The position numbers were made by a program, and so were the translations under genes. From an uncultured Amylibacter sp. (GTDB lineage: Bacteria; Pseudomonadota; Alphaproteobacteria; Rhodobacterales; Rhodobacteraceae): DNA of 39,587 bases. Position 1 is the first letter of the stretch. Each line of letters begins with the position of its first letter. This document shows, one piece after another, positions 8,478 to 18,884 of the stretch. The DNA lies in contig CALDZS010000102.1 in NCBI GenBank assembly GCA_937944065.1, positions 1-39,587 on the forward strand. Direction: 5' to 3'. The notes beneath the pieces were generated by a model. It was not told where the DNA came from and searched no databases. It saw nothing but the letters and a program-made list of their open reading frames with translations.

Positions 8478-10385
8478 ATGCAGTCAGACAGCGAAAATAA
8501 CATCTTGGCCGAGGAAGAAGGCAAATTCGATCCCGCCAAAAGCGCGCCGTCAGGTCATGCGGTTATCAAGTCCTATTTGAAAACGCTGGACGGCTCGCCC
8601 GGCGTTTATCGGATGTTGGATAAAGAGGGTGCGGTTTTGTACGTTGGCAAGGCACGTAATCTGAAAAACCGAGTGACCAATTACGCCAACCAAACTGGGC
8701 ATTCCGCGCGAATAGGCCGGATGATTAGTGCTACATTTTCAATGATGTTTCTAACCACGCAGACGGAGACAGAGGCATTGCTGCTTGAGCAAAATTTGAT
8801 CAAGCAGCTAAAGCCGAAATATAATGTCCTGTTGCGCGACGACAAAAGTTTTCCAAACATAGCGATAAGCAGTTCTCACGAGTTTCCGCAGATCACAAAA
8901 CATCGCGGCAAACGTCATAAAGGGTCTGATTATTTCGGACCCTTCGCCTCGGCTGGATCGGTTAATCGCACGTTAAACCAATTGCAGCGCATTTTTCTTT
9001 TGCGCAATTGTACTGACAGCGATTTTTCGACGCGAACGCGGCCCTGCTTACAGTATCAAATCGCACGCTGTTCTGCGCCATGTGTTGGCAAGATCAGCGC
9101 CGATGAATATGGGCGTACCGTGTCAGATGCGCGTCGGTTCCTATCTGGCAAATCAACTGAAATCCAAGAAGCGTTGGCCAAAGACATGGCTGCAGCGAGT
9201 GCGGATATGGAATTCGAGCGCGCCGCAGCACTGCGCGATAGGATTCGCGCGTTGACCAATGTGCAGGGCACACAAGGCATCAATCCACAAACGGTGTCAG
9301 AGGCGGATGTTATTGCGTTGCACCAAGAAGGCGGGCAAGCGTGCATTCAAGTCTTTTTCATTCGTGCGCATCAGAATTGGGGTAACCGTTCCTATTTCCC
9401 TCGAACAGCTGGAGCCGAAGGTGATGAAATCCTCGAAAACTTTATTGCTCAATTCTATGACAATAAGACACCGCCAAAACTGTTGATACTGTCTAACGAA
9501 GTTGCAAACGCAGATTTGCTGCAAGATGCGCTGACACAGAAACGTGGCAGCAAGGTTGAACTAGCAATCCCACAGCGTGGCGAACGCGCAGAGCTGGTTT
9601 TGAATGCTGCCCGAAATGCGCGCGAAAGCCTTGGGCGAAAAATGTCGGAAAGTGCGGCACAGGAAAAACTATTGTTTGGGCTGGCGGAAGCTTTCGGAAT
9701 AGAAACCCCGATCAAGCGTGTCGAGGTTTATGATAACTCGCACATCCAAGGCGCGTTCGCGGTCGGTGCGATGATCGTTGCGGGACCCGAGGGTTTCTTG
9801 AAATCCAGCTATCGCAAGTTCAACATCAAGTCCGAAGAAACCACGCCGGGTGACGATTTTGGAATGATGAAGGAAGTACTGCTTCGCCGTCTGAAAAGAT
9901 TGCTTAAAGAAGATCCAGACCGCAAAACGGATTTGTGGCCAGATCTGCTGCTGATCGATGGCGGCGCAGGGCAAGTATCCGCCGTGGCAGAGATAATGGC
10001 TGATCTGGGCATCGACGATATTCCCTTTATCGGCATAGCCAAAGGCGAGGATCGCGACAAAGGAAAAGAAGAATTTTACCGTCACAGAAAACCGCCCTTC
10101 GCCTTGCGTCGGAATGATCCAGTTTTGTATTTTATTCAACGTCTGCGCGACGAGGCGCATCGGTTTGCCATCGGGGCCCATCGCCAAAAACGCAGCAAGG
10201 CGATTGGTGTTACAACCTTGGACGATATTCAAGGTGTCGGAGCAATGCGTAAGAAAGCGTTGCTAACCCATTTTGGGTCAGCAAAGGCAGTGGCACGCGC
10301 GGCGCTGAAAGATTTAAAAGCGGTTGAAGGCGTGTCAGATCAACTCGCTGTGACCATCTATGACTTCTTCCATGACAAGGGGTGA
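8478..10385 (+). CDS. uvrC: Excinuclease ABC subunit C
   Basis: GIY-YIG domain ([19 protein letters not shown]), Cys cluster, [37 protein letters not shown]-terminal HhH. Confidence 0.97.
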   Translation: MQSDSENNILAEEEGKFDPAKSAPSGHAVIKSYLKTLDGSPGVYRMLDKEGAVLYVGKARNLKNRVTNYANQTGHSARIGRMISATFSMMFLTTQTETEALLLEQNLIKQLKPKYNVLLRDDKSFPNIAISSSHEFPQITKHRGKRHKGSDYFGPFASAGSVNRTLNQLQRIFLLRNCTDSDFSTRTRPCLQYQIARCSAPCVGKISADEYGRTVSDARRFLSGKSTEIQEALAKDMAAASADMEFERAAALRDRIRALTNVQGTQGINPQTVSEADVIALHQEGGQACIQVFFIRAHQNWGNRSYFPRTAGAEGDEILENFIAQFYDNKTPPKLLILSNEVANADLLQDALTQKRGSKVELAIPQRGERAELVLNAARNARESLGRKMSESAAQEKLLFGLAEAFGIETPIKRVEVYDNSHIQGAFAVGAMIVAGPEGFLKSSYRKFNIKSEETTPGDDFGMMKEVLLRRLKRLLKEDPDRKTDLWPDLLLIDGGAGQVSAVAEIMADLGIDDIPFIGIAKGEDRDKGKEEFYRHRKPPFALRRNDPVLYFIQRLRDEAHRFAIGAHRQKRSKAIGVTTLDDIQGVGAMRKKALLTHFGSAKAVARAALKDLKAVEGVSDQLAVTIYDFFHDKG

Positions 10386-10455
10386 TGGATTGGCTATTAA
10401 CTGCATCAATAAGCAAACTGTTCAGCTTTACGTATTTGTCATGCGAGGAAATTAA

Positions 10456-11124
10456 GTGACCTGGAACCTGCCAAACATTCTGACCGTTTTTCGTCTGCTT
10501 GCAGCGCCAGCTGTGCCGATTATGTTCCTATACTTTACCCGCCCGTATGCGGATTGGTTCGCTTTGGCCCTGTTTCTAGGGGCCGCGATGACAGATTTCC
10601 TTGATGGGTATTTGGCCCGCAAATGGAACCAAGAAACCAAGTTTGGTCGGATGCTCGATCCAATCGCTGACAAGGCAATGGTTGTCATTGCTCTGGCAGT
10701 GCTGGTTGCACTGTACAGTTTGAACCCGTGGATACTGATGCCAGCCACAGTGATAATTTTTCGCGAAGTGTTCATTTCAGGCATGCGAGAATTCTTGGGT
10801 GCCAGCGCATCCTTGTTGAACGTCACGAAATTGGCGAAGTGGAAAACCACTGCGCAGATGTTGGCAATCGCTGTGCTGTTCGCAAAAGGCGTTTTTGAGC
10901 ATTACTATATTGGCATGTCGATTGGTATGGACGGTGACCTAATAGACCAAATTCTTGCGGGGCAAGTGGAAGACACGGTTGGTTTGCGTTCGATGTCGAT
11001 GTGGAACGATATCAGCTATACGGTAGGTGGATGGTTGTTGGCCTTTGCCGCCGTTCTCACCCTAATCACTGGTGTCGATTATTTGATGAAAGCGATGCCG
11101 TTCTTGCGTGATGACAAGCCATGA
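10456..11124 (+). CDS. pgsA: CDP-diacylglycerol--glycerol-3-phosphate 3-phosphatidyltransferase
   Basis: NLPNILT, CDP-alcohol motif TDFLDGYLAR...G..LDPIADK, KWKT. GTG start; follows uvrC. Confidence 0.95.
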   Translation: MTWNLPNILTVFRLLAAPAVPIMFLYFTRPYADWFALALFLGAAMTDFLDGYLARKWNQETKFGRMLDPIADKAMVVIALAVLVALYSLNPWILMPATVIIFREVFISGMREFLGASASLLNVTKLAKWKTTAQMLAIAVLFAKGVFEHYYIGMSIGMDGDLIDQILAGQVEDTVGLRSMSMWNDISYTVGGWLLAFAAVLTLITGVDYLMKAMPFLRDDKP

Positions 11125-11372
11125 AAATTGATGTCCTATACTTTGCGTGGATACGAGAGCGGGTTGGAAAACAGGGTGAAACTGTTGACACCTCTGCCAC
11201 TACGGTTGGTGAATTGGTCGCAGAACTGGTCGCAAGAAACGAGGCATACGCATTAGCCTTCTCTGATTTGGCAGTTGTGAAAGCGGCGTTGGACGAGGTT
11301 TTAGTCGATTTGGATACGCCTCTAGATAACGCACGAGAAGTTGCGTTTTTCCCACCGATGACAGGCGGGTAA
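11121..11372 (+). CDS. moaD: Molybdopterin converting factor small subunit
   Basis: VLYFAWIRE start, EVAFFPPMTGG end. Confidence 0.95.
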   Translation: MKIDVLYFAWIRERVGKQGETVDTSATTVGELVAELVARNEAYALAFSDLAVVKAALDEVLVDLDTPLDNAREVAFFPPMTGG

Positions 11373-11375
11373 AAC

Positions 11376-11828
11376 ATGGGTGTTTCTGTGCAGACTCATG
11401 ATTTTGATCTGGGTACGGAAGTGGCCAGTTTACGCGCGGATGACGCAGGCGCAATTGTCAGCTTTACTGGCATGGTGCGCAATTCGCCGGATGGAACGTT
11501 GGTCGCCCTGGAATTGGAATGCTATCCATCAATGGCAACATCCGCGCTGACCGATTTAGAAAATACTGCTGTTGAACGTTGGTCATTGACTGGCTGCGTG
11601 ATAATTCATCGGTTTGGTAGACTTCGCTTGGGTGATCAAATTATGATGGTCGCAACCGCAGCACCTCATCGCGGTGATGCGTTCGCCGCGGCAGAATTTT
11701 TGATGGACTATCTAAAGTGCGATGCGCCTTTTTGGAAAAAAGAACATACAAAGTCGGGATCCAACTGGGTCGAGAATAAATCTGGTGACGCAGAACGCCA
11801 ACAACGTTGGACGGCGCAGAAAGACTAA
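11376..11828 (+). CDS. moaE: Molybdopterin synthase catalytic subunit
   Basis: GAIVSFTGMVR, IHRFG, HRGDAF, MDYLK..APFWKKE. Confidence 0.95.
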   Translation: MGVSVQTHDFDLGTEVASLRADDAGAIVSFTGMVRNSPDGTLVALELECYPSMATSALTDLENTAVERWSLTGCVIIHRFGRLRLGDQIMMVATAAPHRGDAFAAAEFLMDYLKCDAPFWKKEHTKSGSNWVENKSGDAERQQRWTAQKD

Positions 11829-12181
11829 GCTTTGGCGCGGCTTGTCTTGGCTTTTAATTTTTTGGTCACTTTTTCCAACTCGTTACGCAGGTCTTCAGCC
11901 TCGCGTCTTGCTTCACCCAGCCCCTCCATCGCGGCCTGCAACTCTGCATCTGATTGCGAGAGTTTGTTCTTCAATTCCCATTCCATATCGCTCAGCTCTT
12001 TAGATGACTGATCTTTTTGCAGCTCTGCTTCGTGCAAACGGTTGGCTAAATCATCAACCTCGCCCATATTGGTAGAGTTTACACGGCGCATTGATCCATA
12101 GGCCCAACGCAAGACCCAACCCGTCAGGAACGCCGAAAACAGCACCAAAGCGATGATGACCACCAATTCATTTCGATCCAT
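11825..12181 (-). CDS. Hypothetical single-TM coiled-coil protein
   Basis: N-terminal TM helix then heptad-rich charged helix. Starts 3 bp after the OmpA-family gene stop. Confidence 0.8.
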   Translation of the reverse strand: MDRNELVVIIALVLFSAFLTGWVLRWAYGSMRRVNSTNMGEVDDLANRLHEAELQKDQSSKELSDMEWELKNKLSQSDAELQAAMEGLGEARREAEDLRNELEKVTKKLKAKTSRAKA

Positions 12182-12184
12182 ATT

Positions 12185-14035
12185 CTATTGTCCTTCTTCG
12201 CTGCTATCAGCGCTTGTTTCTGTCATGAGGCTGAACGCGATGCGTCGGTTCGCAGCGCGGCCTTCTTCGGTGTTATTGTCGGCGATGGGTTGGCTTAGGC
12301 CATAACCTTTGGCCGAGATACCGGATGTTAAAATCCTCTGAGATATTAGCGCGCTCAACACAGATTCAGCGCGCCGCTGCGAGATGTCTTGATTTAACTC
12401 TTCGCTGCCTTGATTGTCAGTATGCCCTTCGATTTCAAACTTTGCGTCGGGGCATTTACGTAGAATATCCGCGATTTTTGTTATTGTGCTAAGACTGCTT
12501 TCATCGATGCGCGCTGATGAGGGTGCGAATTCGATCTTGTCCCTGACAAGAAGCGCTGAAATACCGCGCGCGCATTCTTGTGGTGTTGGAACCTCGTCAA
12601 TTTCAAACAGGTTTTCGTCAAATTCTACATCGATGCTGTAATTCCCTTTGCCACCCAGCCGCGTGGCCAGCGCTCGGGTTACTTCGGCGGGAATCGTTGG
12701 CTTGGCACCTGTGCCCTTAATTTCCACAATATCTTCGCGAACAACGGCACTGCCGTGATGCATTTTAGATAGCGCCTCTAGACCAGCCAATATGCGCAGG
12801 GGCCAACCGCCTGGCAGATTATCGTCCACGCGGGTTTGCAAAAATACTTTTTCGTTCCCGAATAGGGATCGCGCGTATGTGTCAGTTGCCTCTTTGGTTG
12901 ACTGTGATGGGACGCGTCCGCGTAGCTGCACGATGCCTTCGGGGCTTTTTGTTGCGATAAATTCTGGTGCTGCCAGCCCGCCTTCGGTCCCGTCCGAAAT
13001 GATCTTTGGTGGAAGCACGGCGTGTAGTGAGAAAAGGTCTGGCAACGCGTTCTCCAGCTTGCCAACAACCGTGTCAAAGGTTGCTTGGCTGACCAGATCA
13101 GTTGCCACTAAGGATACGTCGGAATCTGTAAAAGTTAGCGATCCACCGCCCAGTTCAGTCAACGCGCTGATGCCTTGCTTAATTGCCTTTGCCCATTCTG
13201 TTGTGGGAACGCCCAAGCCAATCGCGCAATTCGGCGCACCCTCTAGACCGGCCTCTTTTGCGGCTAACAAGATTTTACGCTTGGTCAATTCGGTGTCAGC
13301 AGAGCAGGCTATCAATGCCGTACGCCCGGCATCAATACTCATCCGAAATGAAAACGGTGAAATCACTGGGCGAGGGGATGATATTTGCATGATCAACTGC
13401 ACGCCATCAGGTTTGCTTGATCTAAGAAACCGTTCGGAGCTTTTCTTCTCTCCCAGCGATTCTGTGACAGCGGTGATAATGACCTTGCCCTCTGTCACAC
13501 TGATCTTCGACCTTGGCATTTTATCCAAGCTTTCTAACCCAAATTGCAAAGAGGTGCGCCATAGATCACTGACTGGGTGATCAGCGGTTTCCAGCATGTC
13601 CGCGACTTGTGTGCTTTCCGACAACTGATTTGCAAACTTCAAAATTTGCGCGCGACCTGTGGATTGCGGGATCAAACCGATCAAAGAAATCCGATCATCG
13701 TTACGCAACATTTCCAAGCTAAACTCGGGTGGTTCAAAAGTTTTAGTTTTGGCAATTATGATTTTATCTACGACTCGGTTGATTTGAACAGTCGCACCCA
13801 GCGTCTCTAGCGCTTCGAAACGGCTGCCCTCGTCGGGCGCCAATCCAGACAGGTAAACATTGATACCATCGGCACGAACAGTCGACCATTCATGCCCTGC
13901 GTCAACCAAGGCGTCGGTCACCAAATTTTCTGTGTAGGTTTCTAGTGTTTCGACAGCTTTTGTCGCTAAAAAATAGCTACCTACCCCAGCAAGGGTAAAG
14001 CATATAAGACCGAACAAAATTGCGAGACGGTACAT
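12185..14035 (-). CDS. OmpA-family peptidoglycan-binding protein with N-terminal TM anchor and BON-like domains
   Basis: C-terminal IEGHTDNQG..N..ISQRRAESV...GYG..QPIADNNTEEGRAANRRI. BON-like segments (VYLSGLAP, VQLRGRVP, VEIKGTG). Confidence 0.9.
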   Translation of the reverse strand: MYRLAILFGLICFTLAGVGSYFLATKAVETLETYTENLVTDALVDAGHEWSTVRADGINVYLSGLAPDEGSRFEALETLGATVQINRVVDKIIIAKTKTFEPPEFSLEMLRNDDRISLIGLIPQSTGRAQILKFANQLSESTQVADMLETADHPVSDLWRTSLQFGLESLDKMPRSKISVTEGKVIITAVTESLGEKKSSERFLRSSKPDGVQLIMQISSPRPVISPFSFRMSIDAGRTALIACSADTELTKRKILLAAKEAGLEGAPNCAIGLGVPTTEWAKAIKQGISALTELGGGSLTFTDSDVSLVATDLVSQATFDTVVGKLENALPDLFSLHAVLPPKIISDGTEGGLAAPEFIATKSPEGIVQLRGRVPSQSTKEATDTYARSLFGNEKVFLQTRVDDNLPGGWPLRILAGLEALSKMHHGSAVVREDIVEIKGTGAKPTIPAEVTRALATRLGGKGNYSIDVEFDENLFEIDEVPTPQECARGISALLVRDKIEFAPSSARIDESSLSTITKIADILRKCPDAKFEIEGHTDNQGSEELNQDISQRRAESVLSALISQRILTSGISAKGYGLSQPIADNNTEEGRAANRRIAFSLMTETSADSSEEGQ

Positions 14036-14090
14036 AAGAATGAGCCTTGTTTGCGTGCGTTACCATCATTAGGTCAGGCGCGAAGTTTAA

Positions 14091-15101
14091 TCAACCCAAG
14101 CCAAGGGCATGGTCGGCAAGAATCGCCGCCCCTAATCCTAGCACGATTATTAGACCCGCATCACGGTTCGAGCGGAATAGTTTCAAGCACATTTCTGGGT
14201 TCTCTTCATCAAGCATGCGCAATTGCCAGGTCAAATGCCAACCAAATGCCCAAAGGCTCGCGACCGCGATCAGCGTTGATATGACGTGGATATCGGGCTG
14301 AAACGCGGCTACCACAGTGCATGCAAACGCGGACAAAGCCAGCATCATAAACCAGTACAGCCAGTTGCGAACTTTGTCAGCGAATAATCTAGCGGTGGAT
14401 TTCACCCCGATCAACGCATCGTCTTCTTTGTCTTGAAGTGCATAAACCGTATCATAGAACAGTGTCCACATGATACCTGCGGCATACAGAAAAACCGGCG
14501 CCCAAGACAGGCTGCCAGTGTGTGCAGCCCATCCCATCAATGCGCCCCAATTGAACGCCAACCCCAAAAAAATCTGCGGCCACCACGTGAAGCGTTTGGC
14601 GAACGGATAGATTGCCACCAAGATAAGTGATGCAGCCCCTAGCAGGATTGAAAACGTGTTGAAGGTTAATAAAATGATGGCACCGAATGCGATTTGCAAT
14701 CCCATCCAAGTCAAGGCTTGTTTCACTGTAACTTGCCCAGACGGCAAGGGGCGCGACTTTGTTCGTTCGACCTGACCGTCAATATGGCGATCCGTGATGT
14801 CGTTCCAAGTACATCCCGCCCCGCGCATCACGAACGCGCCAATCGGAAAGGCAATAAACAGCCACACATCATATTGGCTGGGCGCATTGCCACTTGCCCA
14901 GATGGCCAAAAGCAGGCTCCACCAGCACGGGATCAACAACAGCCACGTCCCAGCAGGGCGATCTGCACGTGATAGACGCAGATAAGGGCGTGACCACAAG
15001 GGACAAAAACGATCAACCCAATTCGCCTCTGTTGCATCACTTACACGGATATCTGCATTTTTTGCAGGCTTGGCTTGTGTCTTGTCCGTTGGATTGGTCA
15101 T
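14091..15101 (-). CDS. ubiA: 4-hydroxybenzoate polyprenyltransferase
   Basis: RADRPAGTWLL, MRGAGCTWNDITDRHID..VERT..RPLPSG, YDTVYALQDKEDD..IGVKSTA. Start set at ATG 15101. Confidence 0.95.
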   Translation of the reverse strand: MTNPTDKTQAKPAKNADIRVSDATEANWVDRFCPLWSRPYLRLSRADRPAGTWLLLIPCWWSLLLAIWASGNAPSQYDVWLFIAFPIGAFVMRGAGCTWNDITDRHIDGQVERTKSRPLPSGQVTVKQALTWMGLQIAFGAIILLTFNTFSILLGAASLILVAIYPFAKRFTWWPQIFLGLAFNWGALMGWAAHTGSLSWAPVFLYAAGIMWTLFYDTVYALQDKEDDALIGVKSTARLFADKVRNWLYWFMMLALSAFACTVVAAFQPDIHVISTLIAVASLWAFGWHLTWQLRMLDEENPEMCLKLFRSNRDAGLIIVLGLGAAILADHALGLG

Positions 15102-15110
15102 AAAGGCCCT

Positions 15111-15842
15111 ATGGCATATTCGGCAAAAATTAGGCTCTTTGTAGACGCGGACTTGGGCGATGGGCAATCACTTTCGTTGGATGCCAAGCAGGCGCACTAT
15201 CTGTTCGGTGTGATGCGGATGAAGGTAGGCGAGCCAGTTTTACTTTTTAATGGGCGCGATGGCGAATGGTTGGCGACAGTTACCGAAGCGCGTAAAAAGG
15301 CGGGTGTTCTAACGTGTGAACGCCAGACCTTAGAACAAGCGATGCCTCCTGATTTGTGGTTGCTATTCGCCCCAATCAAGAAAACTCGAACGGACTTTAT
15401 TGTTGAAAAAGCCACCGAACTTGGCGTGGCGAAAATTCAACCTGTGCAGACTGAATTCACAAATTCAGATCGTGTAAATAAAGATCGATTACAAGCACAT
15501 GCGATAGAAGCTGCAGAACAGTGTGGTGGTATATATGTACCGCCGGTTGAGAAACTGTTGCCCCTAAAGACAGTTCTTGCTAACTGGCCAGCAGATCGCA
15601 CGTTAATATTTTGCGATGAAACATCCGCCGGTACCGCTAGCTCGTCATTGGCGGGTGAGCAGGTCGGAAAGTGGGCGATTTTAATAGGGCCAGAAGGCGG
15701 ATTTTCAGCACCGGAAGTCGAATTTTTAAAAGGTTTGGAAAAGGTTAAGGTAATGAGCTTGGGGCCAAGAATTTTACGTGCAGATACAGCAGCGGTTGCA
15801 GCAATCACCTTGTGGCAAAACACGCTGGGCGACTGGGCATGA
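15111..15842 (+). CDS. rsmE: 16S rRNA m3U1498 methyltransferase
   Basis: HYLFGVMR, VEKATELGV, EAAEQCG, IGPEGGFS, LGPRILRADTA. Confidence 0.95.
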   Translation: MAYSAKIRLFVDADLGDGQSLSLDAKQAHYLFGVMRMKVGEPVLLFNGRDGEWLATVTEARKKAGVLTCERQTLEQAMPPDLWLLFAPIKKTRTDFIVEKATELGVAKIQPVQTEFTNSDRVNKDRLQAHAIEAAEQCGGIYVPPVEKLLPLKTVLANWPADRTLIFCDETSAGTASSSLAGEQVGKWAILIGPEGGFSAPEVEFLKGLEKVKVMSLGPRILRADTAAVAAITLWQNTLGDWA

Positions 15843-16354
15843 ATTTTATCCGTCCAGAATTGCAAGCATTGATGTGGCGCTGGCGCGAGGTGGCATTGCT
15901 GGTTTCGATTATTTTGATAAGCGTTTATTTCTTTGTAACTGGGGCGGGTTTGATCCGCGTCATCACCATCGGATTGATCATTATTGGATTGGCATTCCTC
16001 TATCCTGCCATCCGACAGGCGCGCGCGGTCAGCCCGACAGTTAGCGTCGGGGTTGTAGAGATCACCGAACGTCGCATTCGTTATTTGGGACCCGAAACGG
16101 GGTCTGAAATATCCGCAAATGATTTGGACATGGTGCAAATAGAATCGCGCGACGAAAACGACACATCGGGCGAAGTGACATGGGTCTTCACCGATATTTA
16201 TGGACAATCCATGCTTATTCCGTCAGGCGCTGAAGGTGCGCGTGCGTTACTGGATGCGGTGTCATCCTTGCCCGGTGCCGATTTGGACGCAGTGGTGCGT
16301 GCTATGGGCTATCCCCAACGCACCTTGTTCACGATTTGGAAAAAATCAACTTAA
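15839..16354 (+). CDS. Hypothetical 2-TM membrane protein
   Basis: ATGA overlap with the rsmE stop. Two hydrophobic helices then a soluble beta-rich domain. Confidence 0.8.
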   Translation: MNFIRPELQALMWRWREVALLVSIILISVYFFVTGAGLIRVITIGLIIIGLAFLYPAIRQARAVSPTVSVGVVEITERRIRYLGPETGSEISANDLDMVQIESRDENDTSGEVTWVFTDIYGQSMLIPSGAEGARALLDAVSSLPGADLDAVVRAMGYPQRTLFTIWKKST

Positions 16355-16430
16355 TCCAACAGCGATCCCTTGCGTGTGGATTGCCGCTTTGATTAAGTCG
16401 GGGCGAACCCAACCGTGAATTGGAATTTAT

Positions 16431-17801
16431 ATGTCGATCCCTCAGTCTGGTGGTGGCCCCATCGAGAACCGCAACCAGCTTGCTGAATACCTGGAAGACG
16501 GCAACAAGCCCAAACAAGATTGGCGCATTGGTACCGAACATGAAAAGTTCGGTTATTGCAAAGATAAGATGTTGCCACTGCCGTACGAAGGGGCCTGTTC
16601 GATTCAAGCCATGCTTGAAGGATTGCGCGACGAGTTTAATTGGGCGCCAGTATTAGAGGCGGACAAATTAATTGGTCTGGTTAAGGACGGCGCAAATGTT
16701 TCACTGGAACCGGGTGGACAATTGGAACTGTCAGGCGCGCCTTTGGAAACAATTCATGAAACCTGCGACGAGGTGAATGTCCATTTGCGCGAGGTGCAAA
16801 CAATTGCCGACCGCATTGGCGCTGGGTTTATCGGTCTGGGTGCTGCCCCAATTTGGACCCATGATCAGATGCATATGATGCCCAAAGGGCGATATCGTTT
16901 GATGACGGATTACATGGGTCGTGTTGGCACGCATGGTACACAGATGATGTATCGGACCTGCACTGTGCAAGTTAACCTTGATTTCGCATCAGAGGCAGAC
17001 ATGGTCAAAAAATTCCGCGTGGCACTTGCACTGCAATCGGTCGCTGTGGCGCTGTTCGCTAATTCGCCGTTTTTTGAAGGCAAACCAAATGGTCACAAAA
17101 GCTGGCGCTCACGGATATGGCGCGACCTTGATCCTGCGCGCACGGGCACATTACCGTTCGCGTTCGAGGATGGAATGGGGTTCGACCGTTACGTTGATTA
17201 CGCTTTGGATGTGCCGATGTATTTTGTCTATCGCGATGGCAAATATATCGACGCACTGGGGCAATCCTTCCGTGATTTCCTAAAGGGTAAATTGCCTGCC
17301 TTACCAGGTGAAATTCCTACATTGTCTGATTGGGCAGATCATTTAACCACGATCTTTCCAGAGGCACGGATCAAGAAGTTTATGGAAATGCGCGGGGCAG
17401 ATGGTGGCCCTTGGCGTCGCATTTGTGCGCTGCCAGCGTTTTGGGTTGGCTTGCTTTATGATCAATCCTCGTTGGATGCCGCTTGGGATATTTGCAAAGA
17501 CTGGGATCTAGAAACCCGTGAGGGGTTGCGGGTCGCTGCATCTGTTGATGGGTTGCAGGCACAAGTCGGTGATATCAAAATGCTGGATTTGGCACGCCGT
17601 GTTCTAGATTTATCCGCCGCAGGCTTAACTGCACGTGCGCGGTCAGGTGCCGGTGGACTGGTCCCAGACGAGGTGCATTTCTTGAATGCACTGCAAGAGG
17701 ATTTGGATCAAGAACGCACTCCAGCAGATGAATTGTTGGCGAAATATCATGGCGAATGGCAAGGTGATTTGTCCAAAATCTACGCCGAATATAGTTACTA
17801 A
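16431..17801 (+). CDS. gshA: Glutamate--cysteine ligase (alphaproteobacterial/plant type)
   Basis: RIGTEHEKF, SLEPGGQLELSG, MPKGRY, TCTVQVNLD, HLTTIFPEAR, EMRGADGGP. Confidence 0.95.
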   Translation: MSIPQSGGGPIENRNQLAEYLEDGNKPKQDWRIGTEHEKFGYCKDKMLPLPYEGACSIQAMLEGLRDEFNWAPVLEADKLIGLVKDGANVSLEPGGQLELSGAPLETIHETCDEVNVHLREVQTIADRIGAGFIGLGAAPIWTHDQMHMMPKGRYRLMTDYMGRVGTHGTQMMYRTCTVQVNLDFASEADMVKKFRVALALQSVAVALFANSPFFEGKPNGHKSWRSRIWRDLDPARTGTLPFAFEDGMGFDRYVDYALDVPMYFVYRDGKYIDALGQSFRDFLKGKLPALPGEIPTLSDWADHLTTIFPEARIKKFMEMRGADGGPWRRICALPAFWVGLLYDQSSLDAAWDICKDWDLETREGLRVAASVDGLQAQVGDIKMLDLARRVLDLSAAGLTARARSGAGGLVPDEVHFLNALQEDLDQERTPADELLAKYHGEWQGDLSKIYAEYSY

Positions 17802-17802
17802 T

Positions 17803-17831
17803 AAAAAACCCAGCCGCATGCGGCTGGGTTT
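17803..17831. terminator. Bidirectional intrinsic terminator
   Basis: Perfect palindrome AAACCCAGCCGCATGCGGCTGGGTTT (17806-17831) between convergent gshA and the DUF805 gene. Confidence 0.85.
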
Positions 17832-17854
17832 CAAATGCCTGTTCGGCGCGTTGG

Positions 17855-18265
17855 CTAGTAGTTGTTACCGTCGTCAACGCTGTCCATTGCCCAGAATACG
17901 ATCAAGACGATCAGGCCAATTAGGCCGATCAATGGGATGATTGTCAGCAGCAATAACAGCTGCCACCAGCCCGATCGATTGGTGTCGTGCAAACGGCGTG
18001 ACCCAGCAGCCAGCATCGGGATGTACATTGCAATTGTAATGATCAACCAGACCAAACCGCCGATACCAAAGTTCAAACCAGATGATGCCTGTGGATTTTC
18101 AAAGTCGATTGTTGCGAACATAGAGCCCATCAAAAGACCCCCAATCACGAAACCCACGACAGTGATAAACAATATAAACCACCAAAATTCAGACCGCGAT
18201 GCGCGCCCCGAAAATGTGAAATATTTCTCTAGTAAACAGGTTTTGACTGCCTCGACAAAATTCAT
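17855..18265 (-). CDS. DUF805 family inner-membrane protein (YhaH-like)
   Basis: YFTFSGRASRSEFWWF and RRLHDTNRSGWW motifs. Confidence 0.92.
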   Translation of the reverse strand: MNFVEAVKTCLLEKYFTFSGRASRSEFWWFILFITVVGFVIGGLLMGSMFATIDFENPQASSGLNFGIGGLVWLIITIAMYIPMLAAGSRRLHDTNRSGWWQLLLLLTIIPLIGLIGLIVLIVFWAMDSVDDGNNY

Positions 18266-18266
18266 T

Positions 18267-18884
18267 TTAGTCCCCTTTTTTTCCAATTTTTGGTTCTTGA
18301 TTGTTAACTAATCTTTTGATGTTTGCATGATGCCGCACCCAGATTAAAAAGGCTAGCAAAATAGAGACGGCCATAAAATGTGGTTTGTCGAACACAGACA
18401 TCCAAATAAAGACGGACGCCGAACAAGCCAGTGCAGCGAGTGAAGAGATGCGGAATACGGCGGCCGTGACCAGCCATGTCAGACACGCGGCAACACCAAC
18501 TGGAAAGCTCAGCGCCAATACGGTGCCAAGGAAGGTTGCGACTCCTTTGCCACCCCTAAAGCCTAGCCAGATCGGAAAGCAATGCCCCAAAAACGCGAAC
18601 AAGCCAGCGATCTGCGCGGCAGTTTCGCCAATTAATGCATTGGCGATCAAGACAGCAAACCCGCCTTTTCCAGCGTCCCCAATGAGGGTCAGGGCGGCGG
18701 CAAATTTGTTACCAGTGCGCAAAACATTGGTGGCTCCGATATTGCCGGAACCGATCTGGCGCAAATCACCAAGGCCAAACAGTTTCGCACAGACAATGCC
18801 GAAAGGGATTGATCCCAGAAGATAGGCAAAGGTGGCCACGACCACTGATTGCAAAAGGGTGATTTCGGACCAGATCGGCATCAT
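18267..18884 (-). CDS. plsY: Glycerol-3-phosphate acyltransferase
   Basis: YLLGSIPFG, GSGNIGATNVLR, GHCFP..F.GGKGVAT, RHHANIKRL...EPK. Confidence 0.96.
   Translation of the reverse strand: MMPIWSEITLLQSVVVATFAYLLGSIPFGIVCAKLFGLGDLRQIGSGNIGATNVLRTGNKFAAALTLIGDAGKGGFAVLIANALIGETAAQIAGLFAFLGHCFPIWLGFRGGKGVATFLGTVLALSFPVGVAACLTWLVTAAVFRISSLAALACSASVFIWMSVFDKPHFMAVSILLAFLIWVRHHANIKRLVNNQEPKIGKKGD

Noticed and set aside
9669-10232. 187-aa - strand ORF (and the similar 27347-27889 ORF)
   Set aside because: Antisense shadows of uvrC and the RND permease.
12792-13580. 262-aa + strand ORF
   Set aside because: Lies wholly antisense to the OmpA-family gene and has no recognisable motifs; a shadow ORF.
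15437-16207. 256-aa - strand ORF
   Set aside because: Antisense to rsmE and its coupled downstream gene; no motifs.
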